From Candidatus Methylomirabilales bacterium (GTDB lineage Bacteria > Methylomirabilota > Methylomirabilia > Methylomirabilales > CSP1-5): a stretch of DNA of 64,000 nt. The position numbers were made by a program, and so were the translations under genes. The DNA is taken from positions 1 through 64,000 of the forward strand of contig JBHIAH010000007.1 in the NCBI GenBank assembly GCA_046758505.1, in the 5' to 3' direction. Below the pieces are notes generated by a model, which made no database searches, was not told where the DNA came from, and worked only from the letters and a program-made list of their open reading frames with translations. Shown one piece after another: positions 28,896-38,033 of the stretch. Positions within the stretch are counted from its first letter, which is position 1; each line of letters opens with the position of its first letter.

Positions 28896-29423
28896 ATGAA
28901 GGGATCGACCGTCCACCGGGTAGGTCTGGCCCTGGGAGCGCTTGCCGTTACGCTCCTCGTCTCGCACCCGAGTCCCGCCCAGCAGAAGAAGAAACAGATC
29001 AAGCCCGGGGTCTACGCCATGACGCTCCAGAAGGGGGACTCGATCGACGCGTCCATCGCCCGGGGCAAGAAGCTGTTTAACCAGATCGGCTGTGCCGGCT
29101 GTCACCCCCGGGGGGGAACCATCGGGGGGACCGCCTTCGACGTAGCAGGGAACCCGTTTCCGATCCCCATCCCCAAACTCCGGGGCTCGGCGCTCCACTT
29201 TCCTCGGATCGGGATGGGACCGGCCCGGGCCGTCCTGACCCTCGGGCAACTCAACGACCTTTGAAACACCGTCTTTCTTGGCCGTGAGCCAATCGATCCC
29301 AATTCCCAGGAGTGGGTAGACCTGTATGCATACGTCGCCTCTCTCACCCCGCAAGCCTACAAGGCGATGAAGGCGTGGGAGGCCAAGCGGCTGCAGTTGG
29401 AGAAGAAGGTTTTCGGAAAATAG
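28896..29423 (+). CDS. Monoheme cytochrome c of SoxA/TsdA-like type, probable selenoprotein
   Basis: Signal peptide, RGKKLF..IGCAGCH; in-frame TGA at 29262-29264 in TLGQLNDL-U-NTVFLGREPIDPNSQEWVDLYAYVASL; 52 further codons to TAG; hairpin TTGGC-CGTGA-GCCAA 13 nt after the TGA. Confidence 0.8.
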
Positions 29424-29473
29424 GGCGATGGCGGAACGTTCGGTGTGCCGTGCGAGACGAGAGGGGGTGAGGA

Positions 29474-30265
29474 ATGTCCTGGAGGGTATGGCCCCTGCTG
29501 GGCCTACTCGGTCTCATCGCGCTGATGACAACGTCCACGGGGAGTGCGGCTGACGAGGGGGACGTGAAGGTTGGGGAAGCCGTGTACAAAGAGATCTGCT
29601 TTGCCTGTCACGGGCTGACAGGTGGAGGGAATGGACCGAGCGCGCCCAATTTCAAACCCAGGCCGCAGGTCTTCGCCAATCCGGAGTACATGGCGCGGAT
29701 GCAACCCCAGTATATGTTCTGGGTGGTCAAATACGGCAAGCTCAAGGTCCTACAAAAGGAGATCCCCGGCTTCCCCCTGGGAGAGCCCCGATTCGTGGTG
29801 GACATGCCAGCGTTTGGCGACGTCCTCGAAGAGGACCAGATCCGTCGCCTCATCCAGATGGAGCATCTCTTGGTTGAAGGAAAAGCCATTCCCACGGACA
29901 TCCGCGAGATTTACGACGGGGCCTGCGCCACCTGTCATGGGCCGAACGGCCGGGGGGATGGAGAGCGAGCGGTCTCGCAGCCGGCCCCAAAGAGCTTTGT
30001 CAGCGAGATCCAGCCTCCACCGGCCAATTATACCAACGCCAAGCTCATGCAGCGCTTTAACGACGATTACCGGTTCACCCTGATCACGAAGGGGCGGCTG
30101 GCCGCAACCACGGAGGCCGGCTACACGACCATGCCCCCCTTCGGAGACGAACTGAGTGACCACGAAATCTGGAGCGTCATCCGGTACGTCCGGGAGACCT
30201 TTGTGAATCGGAAGGCGGCCCACGCGGCGAAGGGCCCGAAATCCCTTCGCCAATCGGCCCGCTAG
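29474..30265 (+). CDS. Diheme c-type cytochrome
   Basis: Signal peptide; CFACH and CATCH, each followed by MP(A/P)FG distal Met. Confidence 0.88.
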   Translation: MSWRVWPLLGLLGLIALMTTSTGSAADEGDVKVGEAVYKEICFACHGLTGGGNGPSAPNFKPRPQVFANPEYMARMQPQYMFWVVKYGKLKVLQKEIPGFPLGEPRFVVDMPAFGDVLEEDQIRRLIQMEHLLVEGKAIPTDIREIYDGACATCHGPNGRGDGERAVSQPAPKSFVSEIQPPPANYTNAKLMQRFNDDYRFTLITKGRLAATTEAGYTTMPPFGDELSDHEIWSVIRYVRETFVNRKAAHAAKGPKSLRQSAR

Positions 30266-30286
30266 ATGAGAACGACCGGGATCAGG

Positions 30287-30466
30287 ATGGATGCGGAAAC
30301 GTACTATTGTCCCCTGTGCCAGCGCGTCGTCGAAGAACACCTGCGGCCCATCCATGAGGTCGCCGAAGAATGGGTCATCGCGCACATCAAGGCGGCGCAC
30401 CCGGATTGGATCGAATCGAACGGCGCCTGCCCCACCTGCGTCCAGTTCTTCAGGAGCCGGCTGTGA
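30287..30466 (+). CDS. Small Zn-finger-like protein
   Basis: CPLC...H...IKAAHPDW..SNGACPTC; fills the gap in the operon. Confidence 0.65.
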   Translation: MDAETYYCPLCQRVVEEHLRPIHEVAEEWVIAHIKAAHPDWIESNGACPTCVQFFRSRL

Positions 30467-30578
30467 CTGCCGCCCGGTGCAGTCCCACCTTAGAAGCATT
30501 GGAGGTGATGCGGTGGTACGGTAAGGGGACGTTTTGGGACTTCGGCAGTGCTGTGCGCTTTGCGTAAGGAGGGAGAAA

Positions 30579-31157
30579 ATGCGTTGGAGTGTCGTCTGTA
30601 CGATGGCGCTGGCGGGCCTGCTGGCGTTCGCCAGCCCGCCAGTGGAGGCCGCGTATCACGGGTCCAATCCCTGTGCCGCGAACCCGTGCAATCCGTGTGC
30701 GGCCAAGGCCATGAATCCGTGTGCCGCCAATCCGTGTAATCCCTGTGCGGCGAAGAATCCGTGTGCCGCGAACCCGTGCAATCCGTGTGCGGCCAAGGGA
30801 GTTGCCCGAGGCCCCATCCCGGTGAGGACGGTGTGGGGTCAGGTGGTGTCGGCCTCTCCCCGATCCCTCGCGGTCAAGACGGATGGCAGGACGCTGAACC
30901 TGCAATTGACTCGGCGGACCGAGATCAAGATGGCCAGCCAGGGGATGGAGAGAAAGACCCTGCGCGATATCCGGCCCGGCGCCAGGGTTGCCGTTTCGTT
31001 CCTCGACAACAATGGCAGCCGGCGGGCCGCCTATGTCTACCTGACCCGAGCGGCGGCCAATCCGTGTGCCGCCAATCCGTGTAATCCCTGTGCGGCGAAG
31101 AATCCGTGTGCCGGAAGGTCGATGAACCCGTGTAACCCTTGCGGCGCGAGGAGGTAG
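30579..31157 (+). CDS. Secreted protein with 15 Asn-Pro-Cys repeats flanking a beta-rich (DUF5666-like) domain
   Basis: Signal peptide ending VEA; 9 NPC before and 6 after an approx. 85 aa domain; RBS AAGGAGG. Confidence 0.85.
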   Translation: MRWSVVCTMALAGLLAFASPPVEAAYHGSNPCAANPCNPCAAKAMNPCAANPCNPCAAKNPCAANPCNPCAAKGVARGPIPVRTVWGQVVSASPRSLAVKTDGRTLNLQLTRRTEIKMASQGMERKTLRDIRPGARVAVSFLDNNGSRRAAYVYLTRAAANPCAANPCNPCAAKNPCAGRSMNPCNPCGARR

Positions 31158-31168
31158 TCGAGGGCACC

Positions 31169-31198
31169 AGGGCCCTCCGGCGCAGTCCGGAGGGCCCT
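31169..31198 (+). terminator. 12-bp GC hairpin after the first NPC gene (terminator or mRNA stabiliser)
   Basis: AGGGCCCTCCGG-cgcagt-CCGGAGGGCCCT; no U-tract. Confidence 0.55.
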
Positions 31199-31227
31199 CG
31201 AACTTCACGCGAAAGGAGGTGAATGCG

Positions 31228-31632
31228 ATGCGAGTGCGGTCAATACGGTTAACCCTTGGGGTCCTGGCAACTGCTCTGGCCGTGGTCTTTGGAACTGCCG
31301 CGACCGGCCTAGCAGGTTCGGTTCCTCACAATCCATGCGCGGCCAAGGCGTTGAATCCGTGTGCGGCGAAGACGTTGAATCCGTGTGCGGCGAAGACGCT
31401 CAACCCGTGCGCCGCCAAGACCCTCAATCCGTGTGCGGCGAAGACGTTGAATCCGTGTGCGGCGAAGACGCTCAACCCGTGCGCCGCCAAGACCCTCAAT
31501 CCGTGTGCGGCGAAGACGTTGAATCCGTGTGCGGCGAAGGTCTTGAACCCGTGCTGCGCCAAGAGACTGAGCGCACAGCAGGCAAAGAACATCAACCCGT
31601 GCGCGGCCAAGAGTCCGACCTGCGGCAGATAG
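31228..31632 (+). CDS. Secreted NPCAAKxL-repeat protein
   Basis: Signal peptide then 11 NPC units; RBS AAGGAGGT. Confidence 0.85.
   Translation: MRVRSIRLTLGVLATALAVVFGTAATGLAGSVPHNPCAAKALNPCAAKTLNPCAAKTLNPCAAKTLNPCAAKTLNPCAAKTLNPCAAKTLNPCAAKTLNPCAAKVLNPCCAKRLSAQQAKNINPCAAKSPTCGR
31330..31569 (+). repeat. 10 x 24-bp coding tandem repeat (NPCAAKTL)
   Basis: Unit consensus AATCCGTGTGCGGCGAAGACGTTG; units 2-4 are identical to 5-7 (72-bp higher-order duplication). Confidence 0.95.
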
Positions 31633-31656
31633 GAATCGAATATCACACATCGCCAC

Positions 31657-31684
31657 GAGAGGCGGGTCTCTGGACCCGCCTCTC
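31657..31684 (+). terminator. 12-bp GC hairpin after the second NPC gene
   Basis: GAGAGGCGGGTC-tctg-GACCCGCCTCTC. Confidence 0.55.
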
Positions 31685-31699
31685 TGCTATACTCCCTTT

Positions 31700-32953
31700 A
31701 TGAGGCAATCTTGGAAAGGCATCCTGCTCGTCGGCACATGTCTCTGCCTGGTCTCGATGCTGCCGCTCGCCTGCTTTGCGCAGGGGGACCGCGCCGGAGA
31801 GCGCTGGACCGAGACAGCCCAGCTCGCCTTTCTCCAGAGGCACTGGCAGACCCCGATACCGCTGCAGGGCCCTCCTCCCACCACGTACTCGCAGCTCGAG
31901 GCTTCCCTCCAGCCGGAGAGCTGCGGCGTCTGCCACCCCCAGCAGTACCGGGACTGGAAGAGTACCCTCCACGCCCGGAGCATGGGGCCGGGCGTCCGGG
32001 GTCAGACCCAGGCCTTCGTCGGGCGGGATCCGGCCACAGCCCTCCTCTGCTACAGCTGTCATGCCCCCCTGGCGGAGCAGGCCGAGAAGCTCCAGGATCA
32101 GGGGACGTTCCTCGACAATCCCCAATTTAACCCCGATCTTCACCGCAAGGGGCTGACCTGTGCCGGATGTCACGTGCGGAACCACGAGCGGTACGGCCCC
32201 CCGTACCGGGAAGGAAGCCCGGCTGCCTCCCGGCCCCGGGAAGCACTCCCCCACCGCGGGGCCACGACGTCTCCGGCCTTCGAGCGGGCCGAGTTCTGTC
32301 GAAGCTGCCATCAGTTCGGGGAAGACGGCTATGCACTGAACGGAAAGTTCCTCGAGAATACGTACAACGAATGGAAAGCGGGACCGTACGCCCGGGCAGG
32401 GATTCAATGCCAGACATGCCACATGCCGGATCGGCGACACCTGTGGCGAGGGATCCACGACCCAGAACAGGTGAAGGGGGGGGTGACCATCCGCCTCACC
32501 ACGGGGAAGCCGCGATACCGCCCCGGTGAAACCGCCGAGGCGGTATTGGTCATCGAAAACAGTGGAGTCGGCCACTACTTCCCGACATACGTCACCCCCA
32601 AGGTCTTCGTCAGGGCAGAGCTGCTGGATCAGCGGGGAAAGGCGGTGAGGAACAGCCTCGAGGAGGCGGTGATCGGTCGCGAGGTCACCCTCGATTTGAG
32701 CCGGGAGCTCTACGACACCCGGATCCCGCCCCACCAGCGCTTCACCTTCCGGTACCACCGACCGATCAGGGGGAAGGGGTGGAGACTCCAGGTGCAGGTG
32801 ACGGTCCACCCGGATCATTTCTACGAGCGGTTCTTTACCTCGGTGCTGGAGGGCAGCACCTCTCCCGAAGGGCGAACGTTGCTCCAGGAGGCACTCGAGC
32901 GCACCCGGCGGTCCACCTTTTCGATCTTCTCGCGGAAGATCCCGATTTCGTGA
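31700..32953 (+). CDS. Pentaheme c-type cytochrome with C-terminal beta domain
   Basis: Signal peptide; CGVCH, CYSCH, CAGCH, CRSCH, CQTCH; WKSTLHARS; NSGVGHYFPT. Confidence 0.9.
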   Translation: MRQSWKGILLVGTCLCLVSMLPLACFAQGDRAGERWTETAQLAFLQRHWQTPIPLQGPPPTTYSQLEASLQPESCGVCHPQQYRDWKSTLHARSMGPGVRGQTQAFVGRDPATALLCYSCHAPLAEQAEKLQDQGTFLDNPQFNPDLHRKGLTCAGCHVRNHERYGPPYREGSPAASRPREALPHRGATTSPAFERAEFCRSCHQFGEDGYALNGKFLENTYNEWKAGPYARAGIQCQTCHMPDRRHLWRGIHDPEQVKGGVTIRLTTGKPRYRPGETAEAVLVIENSGVGHYFPTYVTPKVFVRAELLDQRGKAVRNSLEEAVIGREVTLDLSRELYDTRIPPHQRFTFRYHRPIRGKGWRLQVQVTVHPDHFYERFFTSVLEGSTSPEGRTLLQEALERTRRSTFSIFSRKIPIS

Positions 32954-32957
32954 GCGC

Positions 32958-33794
32958 ATGCTGATGTCCGGACTCGCGATCGCATTCGGATTCCTGCTCG
33001 CCGCCTCCCCCGTCCCATGTCCCGCGGACATGGTCCTCATTCCGGCGGGGCCGTTCATCATGGGGAGCGACCGGGCCGAGCGGGACTTCGGCTACCAGAT
33101 TGGCGGGGAACCCGCCCGCCGGTACCGCTGGTTTGATCACTGGGAGCTCCCCCGGCACACGGTGTCCCTCCCGGCCACCTGCATACAGAAGTTCCTGGTG
33201 ACGAATGAGGCGTACCGACGGTTCATCGAGGCGACCGGCCACCGCGTCCCCTCTATCTCCCGCGAGGCGTACCGACGGCAAGGCTACCTGGTACACCCGT
33301 ACACGGAGGTGGAGCGGTTCCTCTGGCACAGGGACAGATACCCCAAAGGGACCGGACAGCACCCGGTCGTCCTCGTCAGTCAGGCGGACGCGGGCGCCTA
33401 TTGCCGGTGGAGGTGGGCAGGGCGGATCTGCCGCCTCCCCAGCGAGCGGGAGTGGGAGAAGGGGGCCAGGGGGACCGACGGCCGCTATTTCCCCTGGGGA
33501 GACACGTGGCACCCGGAGTATCTGAACGCCGGCTATCGCATTGGGTATACGACGCCGGTCGGAAACTACCCGCAAGGGCAAAGCCCGTATGGACTCATGG
33601 ACGCTGCGGGCAACGTCTTCGAGTGGACACGGACCGAGTTCAGCCCGGGGAAGGCGGTCCTGAAAGGGTGCTCCTGGGACGATCAGGGGGGGATCTGCCG
33701 AGCCGCCGCCCGCCACGGGCGGGTCCGGGACGCGCGCCACATCCTCTTCGGCTTTCGGTGTGTCTGCGACGTGAAGACAGATAATGGGAGATGA
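32958..33794 (+). CDS. Formylglycine-generating enzyme (FGE/SUMF1) domain protein
   Basis: IPAGPFIMGS, HPVVLVS, RLPSEREWEKGARG, GNVFEW, FGFRC. Confidence 0.9.
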   Translation: MLMSGLAIAFGFLLAASPVPCPADMVLIPAGPFIMGSDRAERDFGYQIGGEPARRYRWFDHWELPRHTVSLPATCIQKFLVTNEAYRRFIEATGHRVPSISREAYRRQGYLVHPYTEVERFLWHRDRYPKGTGQHPVVLVSQADAGAYCRWRWAGRICRLPSEREWEKGARGTDGRYFPWGDTWHPEYLNAGYRIGYTTPVGNYPQGQSPYGLMDAAGNVFEWTRTEFSPGKAVLKGCSWDDQGGICRAAARHGRVRDARHILFGFRCVCDVKTDNGR

Positions 33795-33796
33795 GA

Positions 33797-34867
33797 ATGA
33801 ACGGATACGCCCTGAAGCACACGCTGATCCTCGGCCTGGTGGGGGTCTTTTTTCCCCTGGCCCGGGCCGCTGCACTCCCGGCGGGCCTGACCATCGATGG
33901 AGACCCGGTGATTACGGTCCTCCCGAAGGATGCCATCCCGGCCATCGACCAGCCCGCGTTTGTGTCGGTCCAGGAGGCCGATGCGTACCTCCGGGACAAT
34001 GAGCCGGTGCTGGGGGTCCGGCGAGGAGAGGTGGCGCGGGCCTACTCCCTCTGGCAACTCAACCACCATGAGATCGTCAATGACCGGGTAGGCAACCTCC
34101 CGCTCGCCATCACCTGGTGACCCCTCTGCTCGACGGGCATCGTGTATGTCCGACCCACACATCAGGGGAGGCCCCTCACCTTCGGCGTGAGCGGGATGCT
34201 GTGGAAAGACGCGCTGGTCATGTACGATCGAGAGACTGAAACCCTCTGGAGCCATTTCAACGCCAAGGCTATTCACGGCCCCCTCCAGGGGATGCGGCTC
34301 AAGCCCTATCCCGCGATCCATACGACCTGGGGGCAGTGGAAGCGGCTCTATCCGCACAGCCAAGTGCTGTCGAAGCGCTCCACTCTCGGCGTCCCCGAGG
34401 GCCGATACGACGTCTACCGCGGGTACATGGCGGATCCGAATCGCCTGGGCATCTTCGGGACGCGCAATCCAGACCCCACCCTCCCCGGAAAGGAATACGT
34501 CTTCGGCCTCACGCTCCACGAGGCGAGGGTGGCCTATCCGTTCCGCTTCTTGAGCCGCGCTCCGCTGGCCCACGATACCGTGGCCACCGAGCCGGTCCTG
34601 GTGGTCTTTGCGGCCCCCGAGGCGACCGCCGTGGCGTTCTCCCGCCGGTTGCGCGGGCAAACGCTGCAGTTCACCCATCTCCACCGGCGCAACGGGAATT
34701 GGGTGATGGAAGACACCGAAACCGGATCGCGCTGGCAGGCCCTCAAGGGCGAGGCCACGGCCGGACCCCTGAAAGGGTCCCGCCTCACTCCACTCCCGGG
34801 TCACCTGGTTTTTTGGTTCGCCTGGAAGGGATTCTACCCCTCGACCCGCCTCTGGCGGGGGCCTTGA
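33797..34867 (+). CDS. DUF3179-domain protein, probable selenoprotein (UPLC)
   Basis: ORFs 33791-34120 and 34142-34867 share a frame: KDAIPAID.P, HEIVND...ITW-TGA-PLCSTG, FGVSGML, MYDRETETLWS, FWFAW; hairpin CGGGCAT-CGTGT-ATGTCCG after the TGA at 34118-34120. Confidence 0.92.
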
Positions 34868-34920
34868 CGGCTGCTCCCGCACCCTTCTGCCCTGCCCGCG
34901 AGCCGTGCCCGGCACCGACT

Positions 34921-34949
34921 GAATCCTTTCCACGGCCCGAGACATCTAA
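34921..34949 (+). promoter_or_regulatory. ECF-type promoter (class A)
   Basis: GAATC-N17-CATCTAA. Confidence 0.7.
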
Positions 34950-35141
34950 CCATCGGTCGGCGGCGGGACGCGGGGACCCGTCGCCCTCCGAGAGGCCGAC
35001 CTGGTTGAGGGGTCACACGTCTCGCAAAAAAATGCGTTAAATAATTTTTCTCCCTTTGTTATGCTGAACGGGGAGACATTGACCCGAGGCCGAGGGATGC
35101 AACGCAGTCCGAAACGCGGACGAAAAAAGGAGGCTTCGACA

Positions 35142-35633
35142 ATGCGAAGGCTCATGTGGTACAGAGTGATCAACACCTGCCTGATCGGGATGGTGATGCT
35201 CGTGACCGAACCGAGCGTGCTGGCAAGCAGCGAACCGTTTATCAAGACCCAGGGCAACGGGGTCACCATCGTCACGCTGACACAGACCCCCTGTCTGTTT
35301 CTCGAATCCGAGGAAAACCCGCAGGCCTATACCTCGCGGAAGAAGGCAGATTGCGTAGAGATCAACCGAAAGACGGCCGGGGAGCGGACGTTCAAGCCCC
35401 TCCATCTGAAAGCCGGGCGGTATATCTTTCGGGTAACCAACAAGAACGTTCCCTACGAACTCGGATTCTGGCTGCGGGGACAGGGCGTGGGCCGACTCAC
35501 CCTCCCGTCTGTCTCTGGGGGCGGCCTGGTCACAGGCAAGACGCAGGATTACGCCGTCACCCTTGTCAAGGGGAAGTACTACTACAGCTGTCCCCTCAAC
35601 CCGACCCCCAACTATCCCTTGACCGTTGAATAG
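35142..35633 (+). CDS. Secreted cupredoxin-like protein
   Basis: Signal peptide; LKAGRYIFRVTN, GKYYYSCPLNPTP; RBS AAGGAGG. Confidence 0.7.
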   Translation: MRRLMWYRVINTCLIGMVMLVTEPSVLASSEPFIKTQGNGVTIVTLTQTPCLFLESEENPQAYTSRKKADCVEINRKTAGERTFKPLHLKAGRYIFRVTNKNVPYELGFWLRGQGVGRLTLPSVSGGGLVTGKTQDYAVTLVKGKYYYSCPLNPTPNYPLTVE

Positions 35634-35658
35634 GGAGAGGGGGACAGGAGAATTCGGC

Positions 35659-36420
35659 ATGACCGCGAACGAAGGGGGCGAACCCACGGCGACCGCTTCA
35701 TCCGCTCCACCGCCGCATCAGCCCCCGAAGACGCCGGAGACAAAGCACGACTGGTGGCGACCGGTCGCGCTGCTGGCCGCCATCCTCGTCATTCTCGTCT
35801 TGGCCAAGGTCTTCGGGATCGGAGAGCGGCTCGGCGCTCTGCGCGAATGGATTCAGGGATTGGGACCGTGGGGGCCGGTAGCCTTCGTGGTTCTCTACGC
35901 CGCAGCAGTCGTTGCGGCCATTCCCGGCTCGGCGCTCACCGTCGCGGCGGGGGCCCTATTCGGGTCGGTCCTTGGAGTGATCCTGGTGATCAACGCGGCC
36001 ACCCTCGGGGCCAGCCTCGCCTTCCTGGTTGCCCGGTACTTCGCCCGGGACGCCATCGCCCGCCGGCTCTCCGCCAACGAGAAATTCCGGAAACTGGATC
36101 GGCTGACCGAAGAGCACGGCGCGATCATCGTCGCCCTGACCCGCCTGGTCCCCCTGTTCCCCTTCAACCTGCTCAACTACGGCTTCGGCCTCACGCGCGT
36201 CCCCTTCTGGACGTACGTGCTCTGGTCCTGGCTCTGCATGTTGCCCGGCACCATCCTGTACGTCGTGGGAGCAGATGCTTTTACCAAGGGCCTCGCCCAA
36301 GGTCGGGTCCCGTGGGGCCTGATGGGCGCCCTGGTCGTGATGGGGCTGATCCTCGCCTTCCTGGTCCGACACGCCCGCCAAACACTGAAGGAGAGGGAAG
36401 TCAGGACAAACGCCGAATAG
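35659..36420 (+). CDS. TVP38/TMEM64 (DedA/SNARE-associated) membrane protein
   Basis: IPGSALTVAAGALFG, LTRLVPLFPFNLLNYGFGLT, MLPGT. Confidence 0.92.
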   Translation: MTANEGGEPTATASSAPPPHQPPKTPETKHDWWRPVALLAAILVILVLAKVFGIGERLGALREWIQGLGPWGPVAFVVLYAAAVVAAIPGSALTVAAGALFGSVLGVILVINAATLGASLAFLVARYFARDAIARRLSANEKFRKLDRLTEEHGAIIVALTRLVPLFPFNLLNYGFGLTRVPFWTYVLWSWLCMLPGTILYVVGADAFTKGLAQGRVPWGLMGALVVMGLILAFLVRHARQTLKEREVRTNAE

Positions 36421-36448
36421 GACGACACTGCGAGAGGGGAGCTTTCCG

Positions 36449-37966
36449 ATGAGCCAGGTACCGGAGGTCCTGCCCAAAGACGAGCACAACAGACTGTTGC
36501 TATCCAATGTTCACCCCTACGATTGGACAAATCCGGACCCAGCACCCCAATACAACCTCGTCGTGATCGGCGCGGGCACGGCGGGGCTCGTGACGGCGGC
36601 AGGAGCGGCAGGGCTCGGCGGCCGGGTGGCCCTCATCGAAAAACACTTGCTGGGCGGCGACTGTCTCAACGTGGGTTGCGTCCCCTCCAAATGCATCATT
36701 CGATCTTCTCGCGTTTTCGGGGATATTCGCGAGGCCTCCGAGTTGGGCGTCCACGTTCCAGACGGCACGAAGGCGGACTTCCCCCTGGTGATGGAGCGCA
36801 TGCGACGCCTCCGGGCCCGCATCAGCCACCACGATTCGGCCCGGCGATTCCAGCAGTTGGGCATCGACGTCTTCCTCGGAGAGGGACAATTCACCAGTCG
36901 CAACACCCTCGCCGTGGACGGCAAGACGCTCCGGTTCAGCAAGGCCGTGATCGCGACCGGGGCGCGCGCCGCCGCGCCGCCGATTCCAGGGCTGGCTGAG
37001 GCTGGGTACCTGACGAACGAGACCATCTTCTCCCTGACGGAGCTCCCCCGACGCCTGGCCGTCATCGGAGCCGGTCCGATCGGCTGCGAGCTGTCCCAGG
37101 CCTTCCGCCGCTTTGGATCAGCGGTCTCCCTCCTCGAAGCCCAATCCCAAATCCTGACCCGGGAAGATCGAGACGCGGCTGAGGTCCTTCAGCGGGCCCT
37201 GGTCCAGGACGGGGTACACCTCGTCCTGGGCTGCAAGATCCTCAAGGTGGAGACCCGGGGGTCGGAGAAGATCATCCAGTTTGAAGGAGACGGAGCCTGC
37301 ACTGATCTTCCCGTGGATGAGATCCTCGTCGGCGCCGGACGCGCGCCCAACGTGGAAGGACTGAACCTGGAGGCGGCGGGAGTCGAACACACGAGGCACG
37401 GGGTACAGGTGAACGACTACCTCCAGACGACCAACCCCCGCATCTACGCCGCCGGCGACATCTGCCTCCCGTACAAGTTCACGCACACGGCGGATGCAAC
37501 GGCCCGCATCGTGATCCAGAACGCCCTCTTTCTCGGGCGGAAAAAATTGAGCGCACTGGTCATTCCCTGGTGCACGTACACCGACCCGGAGATCGCCCAC
37601 GTCGGGATGTACGAGCAGGATGCGGTGCACAAGGGCATCCCCGTCGCCACCTTCGTCAGACCGCTGCGGGAGGTCGATCGGGCCATTGCCGACGGCGAGG
37701 AAGAGGGCTTCGTCAAGGTGCATGTCAAGAAAGGGACCGATCGCATCCTGGGTGCCACGATCGTCGCCCGCCATGCCGGAGAGATGCTCAGCGAAATCAC
37801 GCTGGCCATGGCGGCACATATCGGCCTGGGGACCATTGCGAACGTCATCCATCCCTACCCCACCCAGGCCGAGGCCATCCGACAGGTGGCGGACGCCTAC
37901 AACCGCACCCGGCTGACGCCGGGAATCAAGAAACTGTTCACCCACTGGTTGACCTGGACGCGATAG
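36449..37966 (+). CDS. Mercuric-reductase-like FAD-dependent pyridine nucleotide-disulfide oxidoreductase
   Basis: GAGTAG, GGDCLNVGCVPSK redox disulfide, GAGPIGCE, HPYPT; lacks the MerA C-terminal Cys-Cys. Confidence 0.88.
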   Translation: MSQVPEVLPKDEHNRLLLSNVHPYDWTNPDPAPQYNLVVIGAGTAGLVTAAGAAGLGGRVALIEKHLLGGDCLNVGCVPSKCIIRSSRVFGDIREASELGVHVPDGTKADFPLVMERMRRLRARISHHDSARRFQQLGIDVFLGEGQFTSRNTLAVDGKTLRFSKAVIATGARAAAPPIPGLAEAGYLTNETIFSLTELPRRLAVIGAGPIGCELSQAFRRFGSAVSLLEAQSQILTREDRDAAEVLQRALVQDGVHLVLGCKILKVETRGSEKIIQFEGDGACTDLPVDEILVGAGRAPNVEGLNLEAAGVEHTRHGVQVNDYLQTTNPRIYAAGDICLPYKFTHTADATARIVIQNALFLGRKKLSALVIPWCTYTDPEIAHVGMYEQDAVHKGIPVATFVRPLREVDRAIADGEEEGFVKVHVKKGTDRILGATIVARHAGEMLSEITLAMAAHIGLGTIANVIHPYPTQAEAIRQVADAYNRTRLTPGIKKLFTHWLTWTR

Positions 37967-38033
37967 CCGGCTCCCGAGAACGCGAATCGGTTCATCCGTC
38001 CCCAATGCACGACGCGGGAGGGGAGGCGAGGAG

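Noticed and set aside
31330..31569. 24-bp repeats as a CRISPR array
   Set aside because: Repeats are directly adjacent with no unique spacers, are in-frame coding with synonymous variation, and no cas genes are present.
36449..37966. True mercuric reductase merA
   Set aside because: No C-terminal Cys-Cys pair, no NmerA domain and no mer operon; it has the HPYPT ending and the TVP38/TIGR04282 context.
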